A stretch of DNA of 63,990 nt, the filler included, from Octopus bimaculoides (taxonomy: Eukaryota), in assembly GCF_001194135.2 (NCBI RefSeq). It is 10 parts of 8 records of this genome, joined end to end, with 100 filler letters (N's around TTAATTAATTAA, not from the genome) between each part and the next. Parts side by side here need not be neighbours in the genome. Positions count along the whole stretch, not along the records: positions 32,654 to 38,994 come from NC_068982.1; positions 39,095 to 48,427 come from NC_068988.1; positions 48,528 to 55,948 come from NC_068993.1; 7 more parts are not named here. The stretch is one strand, 5' to 3'. The translations under genes were made by a program, and so were the position numbers. This document shows, one piece after another, positions 37,831-49,638 of the stretch. Under the pieces are notes generated by a model. The model was not told the origin of the DNA, ran no database searches, and saw only the letters and a program-made list of their open reading frames with translations. How positions within the stretch are numbered: position 1 is the first letter of the stretch; every line of letters starts with the position of its first letter.

Positions 37831-38001
37831 TCTAGTTATTGTAATTTGCTCAGAGACACATTTTCCGAGGCATTAAGTAACCCTTAAACGTAAGCTGAGA
37901 GTTCGAGTGATTATCTGCCTTAAAAATATACACCATACACAGATATGTATACAGTATAAAAGTCAGAACAAATATATTTGCACCAACTGTAATTAATCTA
38001 A

Positions 38002-38327
38002 CAAGTGTCTTCTACTATAGCCTCGGGCCGACCAAAGCCTTGTGAGTGGATTTGGTAGACGGAAACTGAAAGAAGCCCGTCGTATATATGTATATATATG
38101 TATGTGTGTGTATATGTTTGCGTGTCTGTGTTTGTCCCCACCAACATCACTTGACAACCGATGCTGGTGTGTTTACGTCCCCGTAACTTAGCGGTTCGGC
38201 AAAAAAGACCGATAGAATAAGTACTAAGCTTCCAAAGAATAAGTCCTGGGGTCGATTTGCTCGACTAAAGGTGGTGCTCCAGCATGGCTACAGTCAAATG
38301 ATTGAAACAAGTAAAAGAATAAAAGAG
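38002..38327 (+). mobile_element. SINE family A, 5'-truncated, little decayed
   Basis: CAAGTGTCTTCTACTATAGCCTCGGGCCGACCAAAGCCTTGTGAGTGGATTTGGTAGACGGAAACTG through the AAAAGAATAAAAGAG tail. Confidence 0.95.
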
Positions 38328-38636
38328 ATGCGCAGTCTGAAAAGATTATTAACAATACACAGAAAAAGAAAGACATTTGCTGTGTAAGGTGATATTGTTC
38401 GTAGAATGGCGGCGGAGCTAACAAGGAATGCCGCTGTTGTTGTTACAGTGACGCAACCACAGTTGATGCTGTACAAAGGTTGTATGCACATCAGTTGAGG
38501 AAAGGTTTATAAAACGACATACATACTGACCTATTAATAAACTAAATACAGAATTTAGCTGAGGGTTTAGTAGAAAGGGTCAGTAGGTAACCCATGATAT
38601 GTAAGTAACAAATAAATAGATAAAAAGAAACGAAAG

Positions 38637-38675
<39 letters not shown>

Positions 38676-39094
38676 CTGAAAAATGTTACTAGGTTAAATA
38701 AAAAAGTAACAGAAATGAAATTGCCTACAGACAAAAAAAAAAAAAATGAGACGCCGGGTCTGCTGCAGCAACAGCAACAACTGCAGCAGCAGACATAGCA
38801 ACGGTTTCAGCAGCAGCAGCTACAGCAACAGCGGTAATTTCATTGTAGAAAGTGATGTGGGGGCAGCATGAAAGCAAAAGCAAAGACAAGGTGAGTAGAG
38901 AGAGAGAGAGAGAGAGAGTGAGTGGAGAGACATACATACATGCATACATACATACATACATACATACATACAGTCATTTGTATTGCATGTCTGTNNNNNN
39001 NNNNNNNNNNNNNNNNNNNNNNNNNNNNNNNNNNNNNNTTAATTAATTAANNNNNNNNNNNNNNNNNNNNNNNNNNNNNNNNNNNNNNNNNNNN

Positions 39095-39130
<36 letters not shown>

Positions 39131-39437
39131 GGTTGTTGTTTAGCCCAGGTCTGCTTTGTCTGGGCGGACGTGCGATTAATCACATCCTTGCTATAAACAT
39201 TGTCTTCTTAGACATAATCAGCCTCAGACTATGTAATCCACTGGGCTCTTCCTTTTTCTAAATACATTATGAAGTAATTCGAGAGAGATTCCGCTGCTAT
39301 TTCTCGCAACTCTAGAAGCCACTTGCAAAATGATTTTCTCATTGCGTATGTGCGTACTTTAATATGCAGATATGTACAGACATTTGCATATATATCATTT
39401 AGATACATAGATGATAGAGAGAGAGAGAGAAAAAGAT

Positions 39438-39479
<42 letters not shown>

Positions 39480-40081
39480 GGATGGATGTACGTACATATA
39501 TACACGCATGCACTTCAACGGAAATAAAATTAATATTCTAGTACCAATGATTTTGATCCCGGCGAATTAGTTATTAATTATTCGATATCCGGACATATAT
39601 GACACACTGCCATCAAGACTGATGAGAATTTGTCAGTGTGAAAACATTGATACTAAACTCTCCTCTTAAGATGCAGTGCCGCTCAATCTTTGGCTTCTGT
39701 AACGATGAAGGCACATACTAAGCTTTCAAAAGCTAGACACACCAGTGGCATTTCATCAGAGGACGCAATCGCACGTATGACTAGAAAATTGCTATTGCTT
39801 CCGTTTATACCAATGTATTCTGTGTACCTTCACGAATGAGGATACGACGAATCCGCAAGTGTTTCATTTTTGCAGACGTGTGTGCTAGCTGAAACACTAC
39901 CACGACAACGCTGCCTTTTGATTGTGGTTCCGAGTTCTAACGTGCTCAGCACGATTGTCATTCTTTAAAATTTAGAGTCTAAATCTTTGAAGCAGTTAAA
40001 CTAGCACGAACATGTAAATGCACAAATATATACGCAAGCAAATATGCACATGAGAGGAGGGCTGAGGTTATACGTGTTTGC

Positions 40082-40114
<33 letters not shown>

Positions 40115-40118
<4 letters not shown>

Positions 40119-40330
40119 ACGAATTCACAAAAATAACAAAAGACGAAGACAGGTGGTGTAGCCAACAAACAGATTTATTAGTCAAACGCTCGGGAAATGA
40201 AAAAGTATTTAACGTTTCGAGCCAACGCTCTTCCACAGAAAGGAACAGAGAAGAAAACAAAGAGAGAAAATAAAGAATGTGTAGTGGCTAGTGATATATC
40301 TTGGCGAATGCCGAACAGAAGGGTCACACA
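40115..40330 (-). mobile_element. PLE terminal-repeat-like element (copy 2)
   Basis: Reverse complement aligns to 61190-61340 (TTCCCGAGCGT...TACACCACCTGTCTTCGTCT...) and contains the hammerhead-like motif. The PLE link is inferred from that motif. Confidence 0.65.
40205..40243 (-). ncRNA. Minimal type I hammerhead ribozyme-like motif (variant core, weak stem I)
   Basis: Minus strand CCTTT-CTGTGGA-A-GAGC-GTTG-GCTC-GAAA-CGT-T-AAATAC. Confidence 0.45.
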
Positions 40331-41476
40331 GGAGAGCTAGGAAGATAATAAAGTAGTGGTGATCCCAAAACGAAGGTGTGCGTACGTGTGTATAAGAGAG
40401 TATGTATGTGCGTGTGGAAGAGGGCTGGTGAACTTGACGTGTGTGTGTGCGTGTGTGTGTGTGTGCGTGTGTGCGTGTGTATGTGTGCGTGTCGGTGTGA
40501 AGATGTGGGGCTGAGAAGTGGTCAGTGCTAGTGTGTGCATGGTGGTGTGATGTTATGTGTTGTGTGGTATGGTGGTGTATGGTGTAGTGGTATGTGGTGT
40601 GGTGTGATCGTTTTGGGAGGTGGGGAAAGCGAGAGTGGGAAAAGCAAGGGTGGGGTGTGGGTTAGGGTGAGGGTAAAGGTGGGGTCTATTGGTAGGCAGA
40701 GGGTGGGGTGGAGTTACGAGGGAGGGGTGACGATGAAGGGGGAAGGAGAAGGTGGGTAGGAGTGAAGAGAAGAGAGATGGAGAGTAGGAATGAAGAGAAG
40801 AAATAGGAGTCATATATATATATATAGCTATAAGAAAATGGAGGGGAATTGGTGGTATTCATCAACTTGCAGACATTGTACTGTGTCAATTTAACTGTTG
40901 ATTTGTTAACTAAAGGGACAATAATAACATACAAACACGTGATATATTATGTCATATCAGTAATTAAAAAAGGATATCTGGTGACCGAAAATGGGACAAT
41001 GACTTACAGCTGTTTCGCGTGTCTGCGTGTGTGTGTACGTTCTCCTCTGTTCTTGATTATTTGAAGTCTCCCTGTCAGGAAGGAACTGGTTTCTTGCATA
41101 CATACAAAGCTTCGTTGTTGGAATGTAGTTAACAAAAAGAAATTCACATTTTAAACTTGTGAAAGGTCTTGCATATGTTTACTATTCCTCTTACAGATTA
41201 TATTTGTAATGTACATTGTTAGCTGGTTGGTTTCTTTTTCTGAAAACCCCAGTATTTCCAGATATTCAATAATATTTTCAGTGCACCCACTTCAAATCAA
41301 AGCGTTTCAGTGCAATCAAATCAAGTAGATCAATTATTATTGTATTATTGGTGTAAATGTGAATTTATAATCTGCTTATAGAAGTTAATGTCTTCTAAGC
41401 TGTGCACGTACGTTTGTATGTATTTATGCATGTGTATATATAAATGTATATATGCATATATATATATATGTATATA

Positions 41477-41510
<34 letters not shown>

Positions 41511-42666
41511 AACACACACACACATACATACATACATATACGCATATTTATATATCTATATATAATATTTACGTGTGTGTATATATACATATACTTCCGG
41601 TGGCACATAGTATATACACGCACTCACCACGGGAAGCCTATGCGTACATTGTCTTCAGTATTCATATAATGTCACGTAGAAACTATACTTACGTTTTCCG
41701 CACCACACACACATACACACACACGCGCGCACTCGCACACACAAGCAAGCAAACAGCACTAATTCATACTGATGTGTTACCAATCGTAAGCATTATACGT
41801 ATGTGTTGTTCGAATGATTGCATGACTCAGTACTCTGTATTGGATTGTTTTCAGGAGTCAAAGAGGGCCAAAGGATTATATAAGGATATTTTATATAATC
41901 TATTCTATCCCTTTGTTTATATTCTTTCCTTCTTTTACATTTATCTCTCTGTCTACGTACGTTTTTTTTTTATTCTGTCATTAACGTTCGCCGTATCATA
42001 TGTACACATCTTTCTCTCAGTCTATCAAGGAATCAATTATATATATATATGGCTATGTATGCATGTGCATATGAATAAGTGTATACGTGTGTATGAGTCG
42101 GACGAACGAAAAAACGAAATAGAAGTGATTATTCAATACATGTGGTAGTGTTTATATATTAATATGCTGACTGCTCTGTCGCCAATCTTAGGTACTGCAC
42201 CGTAAATTATATATGCTTTCATATTTTACCTATCATATATATATATATATATATATATANNNNNNNNNNNNNNNNNNNNNNNNNNNNNNNNNNNNNNNNN
42301 NNNNNNNNNNNNNNNNNNNNNNNNNNNNNNNNNNNNNNNNNNNNNNNNNNNNNNNNNNNNNNNNNNNNNNNNNNNNNNNNNNNNNNNNNNNNNNNNNNNN
42401 NNNNNNNNNNNNNNNNNNNNNNNNNNNNNNNNNNNNNNNNNNNNNNNNNNNNNNNNNNNNNNNNNNNNNNNNTGTGCGTGCGTGTGTGTGTGTGTGTGTG
42501 TGTGTTTTATGCAATCACACATCCAGCAGTCATTCAAATATTCGTCACGTTTATACTTAAGTGACCATAATGTGTGGAACGTTGTATAGAACGGTCTTGT
42601 AACCGGTAGTAATTGAAAAAGTCATATGTGTGGGCGTACGTGTACGTAAATAAGCATACACACACA

Positions 42667-42713
<47 letters not shown>

Positions 42714-43451
42714 AACAAGATGAACAAAATAACTGCAGTGTTTTTAATCATTTATGTTCTAGCGTATACTAAGCGTTTATATGAGTATAAAACAGTGTGT
42801 ATGTATATGTGTGTTTATGTACGTATTCGTGTGTAGGTATGTGTAGTGTGGGCGTACGAGTTTGATTACATGTATGGCTTTTATTAATTTCTTGTAGAGG
42901 TTAATATAGTTTTGAATACAAAACTGAGGGGGTAACTTAAATTTTATTATCTTAAACGTAACACACAATGTCACAGCAACAATTTATGGCTATAAGAGCC
43001 ACCATAGCTTTCATAATAATCCTTTTAGTTTAAGTGCCATAACACATTTGATTAAACATCTCGAAGAAACAAAAAGTCTTCATAAAAGCCACTCAGCTTG
43101 AAGATGAAAGAGTTGATGTTGTCAAAAATTAATTTAACATGTTACAAAGTGGATATCCATCGGGATATACAAGTACCTCGCTAATTTCATGATGGTGGTT
43201 ATGCTAAACCGCAGAAAACAGAATCTCAAAAAACTAAAACCATTGAAGAAACAAATGAATTTCTGGAAACTGAATTCCAGATTACAATTCATTATCGACG
43301 AAACCAGAATGCATAAGAGATACGAAAATAAGAGGTTTGATGGAACAGATGATATCTAAAATAAACCCAACATTTATGTAGTCTTGTTTTAATAAAACGT
43401 TTTCAGTTGAGATTTTGTTTACTGATGCGAATTAAAATAATGGTTTCCACA

Positions 43452-43615
43452 GGCGCAAGTGTGGATATGTGGTAAAAAGCTTGGAACTCGGAACCAAATG
43501 GTTCCAGGTTCAGTCACACTGCGTAGCACCTTGAACAAACGTCCTCTACTATAGGCCCGGGCTGACCAAGTCTTTGTGAGTGGATTTGGTGGATGGAAAC
43601 TGAAAGAAACCTGTT

Positions 43616-43655
<40 letters not shown>

Positions 43656-43880
43656 GTGTGTGTGTGTTTCTGTCTGTGTTTGTCCCCCAACAATGCTTGA
43701 CAACCGGTGTTGGTGCGTTTACGTCCCCGTAGCGTGCCGGTTCAGCAAAAGGAGACCGATAGAATAAGTACTAGACATTAAAAGAAATAAGTCCTGGGGT
43801 CGACTTCTTCGACTAAAACCCTTCAAGGTGGTGCCCAAGCATGGCCATAGTCAAATACCTGAAACAAGTAAAAGATAAAA
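43452..43880 (+). mobile_element. SINE family A, full length, long-tail variant
   Basis: GGCGCAAGTGTGGATATGTGGTAAAAAGCTTG head; (CA)n insert; tail with CGACTAAAACCCTTCAAGGTGGTGCCC. Confidence 0.92.
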
Positions 43881-44051
43881 TATAAATTATGGCACAAGGC
43901 CATTAATTTCAGCGGGAGGTTGTTAGTCGCTTAAATTGACCCCAGCTCTTGGTTGGGGACATTATTTTATCGATCCCGAATTTATCGAAGGTAAGCTTCA
44001 TTTATAAATACGAGTTTATAAGCTACATAATCAACTATGTATAGTTTCTCT

Positions 44052-44112
<61 letters not shown>

Positions 44113-44151
44113 CCCGTTTGCTCTATCTACTTATCTATCTTTCTCTTTGTT

Positions 44152-44186
<35 letters not shown>

Positions 44187-44515
44187 AAATGTTCCTGTTC
44201 ATCTATCATTGTCGAGTTTGTTCTTTCTCTATTGGTCTATTTAAGTTGATTATCTATCTAGCAGTCTATTTACTATCTTTCCTCTTTATAATTAAGCTAG
44301 ACAGCAAAATGACCTCACTAAAATAAACAAAACGACGAATAAATATAACTCCCCTATTCTCGTCCAACACATACCACCACCACCACCACCACCACCACCA
44401 CTACCACCACCACCACCACCACCACCAGTACCACTACCAGTATCATTATTATTTTTATTATTACTACTACTACTACCACCACCATCATCCTCATAATCTT
44501 CATCATCAACTATTC

Positions 44516-44558
<43 letters not shown>

Positions 44559-45818
44559 CATTATTGCCATCCCAATTCTCTTATCTTTCTGTCTCTTGTT
44601 AGAAACATTATTTTTATACACCCATCAAATTCTAATTCTCCCACGCACTTCTCCAACCATACATTTATAACACTTCACCAACACTGCCAGTGCTCACCAG
44701 TCTCTTATCTAACCCCAAGGTTTACATACAAAGAATAAACAAGTCCTCAGAGAAGCAAGAGGCCTTCTTGTATCTGTAGATCAAATGGCGCCTTGGGTTT
44801 AACAATATCTTAACACGTAAACACCTCAGTTGTCGACATTTTACAATTTATCCAGCTTCCCATTGTTGTTGATGCTGCTTCGACTAGATTTGCTGTTCTG
44901 TTTCTTGTTCGTTTGTTATTGCTTTTTTGTTTCTTTTTTTTTTCTTTTTGATGAAGGATGAGAGCGTTTTTTCGTGTGTTTATTATTTCCTTTTAATGAA
45001 GTGCTTGTATTTTATTGTTCGACGCAGCTTTTCCTTAGGAGACATTCAGGTCGTGAATTATGAACAATATACAGAAATGCTTTCCCTTGCACATTCTACC
45101 GAGATGCAAAAGGCAAAACATATTTGTAACCTTTAAATGCATTATAAAGCTTGATTATGTGGGCGTGTCTGCGACGAAAACCGTCCTTGATGCAATCAGT
45201 CAGAGCCGTCCGTCCGTATGGACTTAATGATAACTTTTATCTGCCTCACCAACAGATACACACAGCTGCCAAATACTAAAACCTTCCTAATAATTTGACT
45301 CAACGAGACAATTGAAACAAACTCTATCTCTTCTATTACCCTTATCTCATCAACCCCAAATTCCACTTCAGAGAAAAGTGAGGCTGAAAATGGAGGCATT
45401 CACTGCCTTCTAGTATGTTTTTATTAAAGGCGACGAGATTGACGAGATTGATGAGGTTAAATGGGCCTATTCTGATTATGTGATCATAAACAGTTGGCAA
45501 GAAACTGGGAGAGAGTATTCGTGCTTTTAAAATGTCTGAGTAATCTGAGACATTGTGCGTGGTATGTCGAGGTAACCACAGATTTGTCCATATTAGGGAT
45601 CTTTTCTTGTTGACATTCATTTATTATTTGTAGTTTTATTTGATTGCGCATTTCTTTTACTTAATCTAAGTTCCCACTGTTTTGCGCTTTGCTCTTGTTT
45701 TAATGCCAGAGTTTTGGATTCTGATGCCCCACTAAAAAGAAAACACCATTGTTGTGGCTGCTACTGTTGCAGTTATTATTATTATCATTATTGTTATTGT
45801 TGTTGTTGTTGTAGTTAT

Positions 45819-45957
45819 TCAAATTCCGCTGAGGTCAACTTTGCCTTTCATCCTTTTGGGGTCAATAAAATAAGTACCAGTTGAACGCTGGGGTCGATGT
45901 AATCGACTCATATCCTCCCCCAAAATTCGTGCCCTTGTGGAAAAATTTGAAACCAAT
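45819..45957 (+). mobile_element. SINE family B, 3' half
   Basis: TCAAATTCCGCTGAGGTCAACTTTGCCTTTCATCCTTTTGGGGTCAATAAAATAAGTACCAG...GAAAAATTTGAAACC, between (ATT)n tracts. Confidence 0.9.
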
Positions 45958-45967
45958 ATTATTATTA

Positions 45968-46050
<83 letters not shown>

Positions 46051-46499
46051 ATATTTATTATCATTATCATTATTATCATTATTATTATTATTATTATTAT
46101 CAGCATCATTATTATTATTATTATTATTATTATTCAGTTGTTTTTTCTTTGTTTTTATTTCTTTGGCGTACTTCAACTGCAGTAACGAGTACAGCTCAGT
46201 ACACTTTGGGTATGTACAGTATTTTGTTTCGGCTTACATTTGCTTTTGTATTAACAGTATTCTATTTACCCTGTTGGGGTTTTTTCTTTCTATCGCTTGA
46301 GCATGGCATTCTGTAGCCTCATTGTTTTGCTTAACTTTTAGCCTTCCTTTACAATAGTTATTGGTGGTTCTCTTCATAACTGTCTGTCATTTCAGCCTGT
46401 GTCTTACATTTGTTGGCTTCCTCGAAGACATAAGAAAGGATGTAGTTTTGTGTTTGGTAGCTACTGCAGCAGAAACAAAGGACCTCGTGAGGACGATTC

Positions 46500-47950
46500 T
46501 GCTATCTTGTGAGATCCTTTCAATCAAACCTTTTGACATCAAATCGGTGCAGAAGGCTTTCAAACGCACAGAAAAATTTCTGTATTTTTCATATCCTAAA
46601 GCAAACTTTTAATTTATGGAAATATTCTGTTTATTTGGTGAAGCCTATACCTAGCAATGAACGTTCTTGAGTGTTGATTGTTTAATTGAAAATTATCGGA
46701 ATGGGGCAGCAGATAATTTGCGTTCCAGTTTATGTTGTGCGCACTACATATGTTGAGATCCTAACTGCATGAGCAATAAGTAGATGTTGAAAGGAGCTAC
46801 TTGAAACAATTATCAACTAACCTACTATCACCAGTAAAGTGGTTCATATAGCAGCACCTAAACACGAAAAGATGTTGGGCGTTTCGCATTTGAATATGCG
46901 AGTCGATTTAGCCTGTGATGATAGCGTAGTTTTGATTAGAAAACCAAAGATTGGTGGCGGCGTTTTCTTAAGAAACATGAGAACAAAGAGTATGAAGACT
47001 CTTCAAATGCAGGACTAGGGGACTATATATATTCTTGCATATTTTTCAGGTAAGGAAAAAGGTACACTATTATGCTGTTGCGAAGATAAAGAGGCTAGAA
47101 GCAAGATCTTAAAACGTACTCCGAGCAAAGATTTTGTACTTCTCAAATTCACAATATTAGATGATGTTAAAATACGCCCACATGAATAAGAATAATTATA
47201 CTTATATATGTACAACAGTGAGAAGATAAGGTGGCCAATAGATTTCTGATGATCTATTGGCCAACAAACCAGGATAAATATAAGGGCTTGCTTTGAACCC
47301 ATAAACTTTATCTATGGAGGCGCGTGGCTTAGTGGTTAGAGTATTGGGCTCATGATTGTAAGATTGTGGTTTCTATTTCTGGACCGGGCAATGTATTGTG
47401 TTCTTGAACAAAATACTTCATTTCATGTTGCTCCAGTCCACTCAGCTGGCAAAAATGAGTAATTCTGCGACGGACCGGCGTCCCATCCAGGTGGGAGATT
47501 TATACGCCATGGAAACCTGGAAACCGACCCTTATGAGTCGGTATGACTCAAAAAGGTAACCTTTACCTAAAAACTTTACCTAAAATCTCAAAGAACAATG
47601 ATGTCTAATTGAAAATTCGTAATAAAATACACCATTGAATTGGAAATTAAAACTAAGCCATTATAACTCTCAGACTTAGACTGTCCTATAGTTACTGTTG
47701 TCCTTAAACATACCAATTAACATGTCCCAACTCACTCCATTTTGGTACGAATTCGAGCGTTTAGATTTGAGCGCCAATTTTTTTTTTCTTCTTAAGAATC
47801 CTTCAAAGCTTCTACTGAACTTCGTGACTGTGTGTGTTGTACATATGTCTATCTATAAACTAGATGTTGTAGTGGATTTATCAGTGAAACCATATGCTGA
47901 CAATAAGCGTTTTTTTGTGAAATGTGTTCTAACTAACCGCACCTTCCCCA
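46500..47950 (+). mobile_element. Decayed Penelope-like element RT region, interrupted by a SINE
   Basis: Ordered motifs: DDSVVLIRKPKIGGGVFL (core 46935-46964; cf. IVIRKADKGGxVV), PG*I*GL..THK (47269-47305; cf. PxxYGLPKxHK), RFFVKCVLTN (47908-47937; cf. SFDVxSLFTN). Many stops and frameshifts; 5' boundary uncertain. Confidence 0.65.
47316..47570 (+). mobile_element. SINE family C (CORE-like), tail type 2, with candidate target-site duplication
   Basis: GGAGGCGCGTGGCTTAGTGGTTAG head; CORE-like TTGTGTTCTTGAACAAAATACTTCATTTCATGTTGCTCCAGTCCACTCAGCTGGCAAAAATGAG; flanked by AAACTTTATCTA (47303-47314) and AAACTTTACCTA (47571-47582). Confidence 0.9.
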
Positions 47951-47998
47951 ACATATTGTCTATCTCACTGTCTGTGTTTGCGCATGTTTGTCAATCAG

Positions 47999-48293
47999 TC
48001 TAGCTATCTCTCTCTCTCTTTCTCTCTCCTACTCTCTCCTACTCCCTCTCTCTCCTGCTCACTTTCTCTCTCTCTCACTGCTACTCTCTCTTACTGCTAC
48101 CCTCTCTTACCCTCTCTTACCCTCTCTCCCCTGCTCTCTCTCTCTCTCACTTCTACTCTTTCTCCTACTCCCTCTTGCCTACTTTCTCTCTCACTTACTC
48201 TCTCTTCTACTTTTTCTCTCTCTCTTACCCGCTCTCTTTTCTCTCTCTCAGTGTCCTACTCTCTCCTGCTCTCTCTCTCTCTCTCTCTCACTG

Positions 48294-48327
<34 letters not shown>

Positions 48328-48427
48328 ACTCCCTCTCTCTATCCTACACTCCCTCTCTCCCCTACTCTCTCTCTCGCTCTCTTTCTCCTACTCTCTAGCT
48401 CCCTCTTCTACTCTCTCTCTCTCTCTC
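47999..48427. repeat. CT-rich polypyrimidine low-complexity tract
   Basis: Imperfect (CT)n with CCTACT/CTGCTA units; source of the SL-repeat ORFs. Confidence 0.95.
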
Positions 48428-49638
48428 NNNNNNNNNNNNNNNNNNNNNNNNNNNNNNNNNNNNNNNNNNNNTTAATTAATTAANNNNNNNNNNNNNNNNN
48501 NNNNNNNNNNNNNNNNNNNNNNNNNNNTTAGTTGAGTACAAGGGTTAAAACAATTGACTCGTCCCTTCCTTCCATCAAAATCTAAGGTTTTGCGCCTCTA
48601 TCAGAAAGGAATAAATCTTAAAAAAATATAGCTGATTTACAATATTCTACCACGATCTCCGACATAGATAGATAAATAATGAGTGAGGTAGAGAAAGAGA
48701 TGGTAACATCATTGAAATGCTAGGAATTGTTAACCATATACTCGGGACCTGAGCATTGCTTTCTTGTAGTACAAGTTCTGCAAATGCTACAAAAGTAGAT
48801 TGCATAACAAGGCGGTGACCCACATGTCTATATTCTTAGCTATATCATATCGCATTTATATTACATTTTCCTACGTGCAATAATAGTATGAAGTGTAGCG
48901 AAATGTCTTGGTAAATCCTATTTCTGTAAACCTGTAAATTCCGATGATGTTGTTTGTAACGTATTCCATTACAATGGATAAAGGCATCGACGTTCTTAAT
49001 ATTACTGAACTGAATGTGTTACAGTTCTGTTCTGGTGTGCTACACACACAACTTTGTAAATATATGTCTGGATGATCAATTCTGGGAAAATCTTACCAAC
49101 CACCCAAACCAATATGCGTGTCACACATGTTGGGGAAACAACCGCCAATAAATATCATTCTAAATATTTCAAAGTTCCTACTGCTGACGAAGCAAAAGGC
49201 CTGCCTCTCGAAATGGAACGTAAATCACAATGGATTTCAATTGGTTATGAACGCAGGTAACTAAATACCGTAGAGTGATCTAACCTTCACAATGCCGTTC
49301 AACTTGTTAAAATTGACAGTTAGATCTCTACCACAGGTATATACAGGTAATCTAACGGTCTAAAATTATAGAAACATTATCTCCGGTTATAACATAGGCC
49401 CTAGCCAGAAATTTATGGAAAATTGTAGTCGATTAAATTGATCCTAAGTATTTCACTGAGACGTTATTTCATGCATTTCCTAAGTGCTAAGTGGTAAAAT
49501 CGACCTGGGAGTGAATCGAACTCAGAACGCAGAGTGATATAACTAAATAACGCAAAGTATTTTGTCGAATCTTTTAATGATTTTGCCAAATACTGCCCTT
49601 CATAATGAATAATGGTAGTCTTTCGTAAACAGAGAAAT

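Noticed and set aside
38731-38896. CAG/CAA-rich stretch ending in a consensus AAG|GTGAGT donor (possible polyQ exon)
   Set aside because: All three plus-strand frames have stops before the donor and the acceptor lacks a polypyrimidine tract. A non-coding exon cannot be excluded but is unsupported.
39610-39655. CTGATGAG...GAAAAC hammerhead-like spacing
   Set aside because: No stem II pairing and stem I not in register with the core.
44600-45620. Complex-looking sequence that might be LINE or host exon
   Set aside because: No conserved motif recognised in the frames I read; cannot be supported without a database search.
49072-49400. Possible Helitron helicase remnant (GKILPTT...TNMRV)
   Set aside because: Only two short motif resemblances with the wrong spacing; downstream candidate motifs come from overlapping frames. 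Needs TBLASTN or HMM support.
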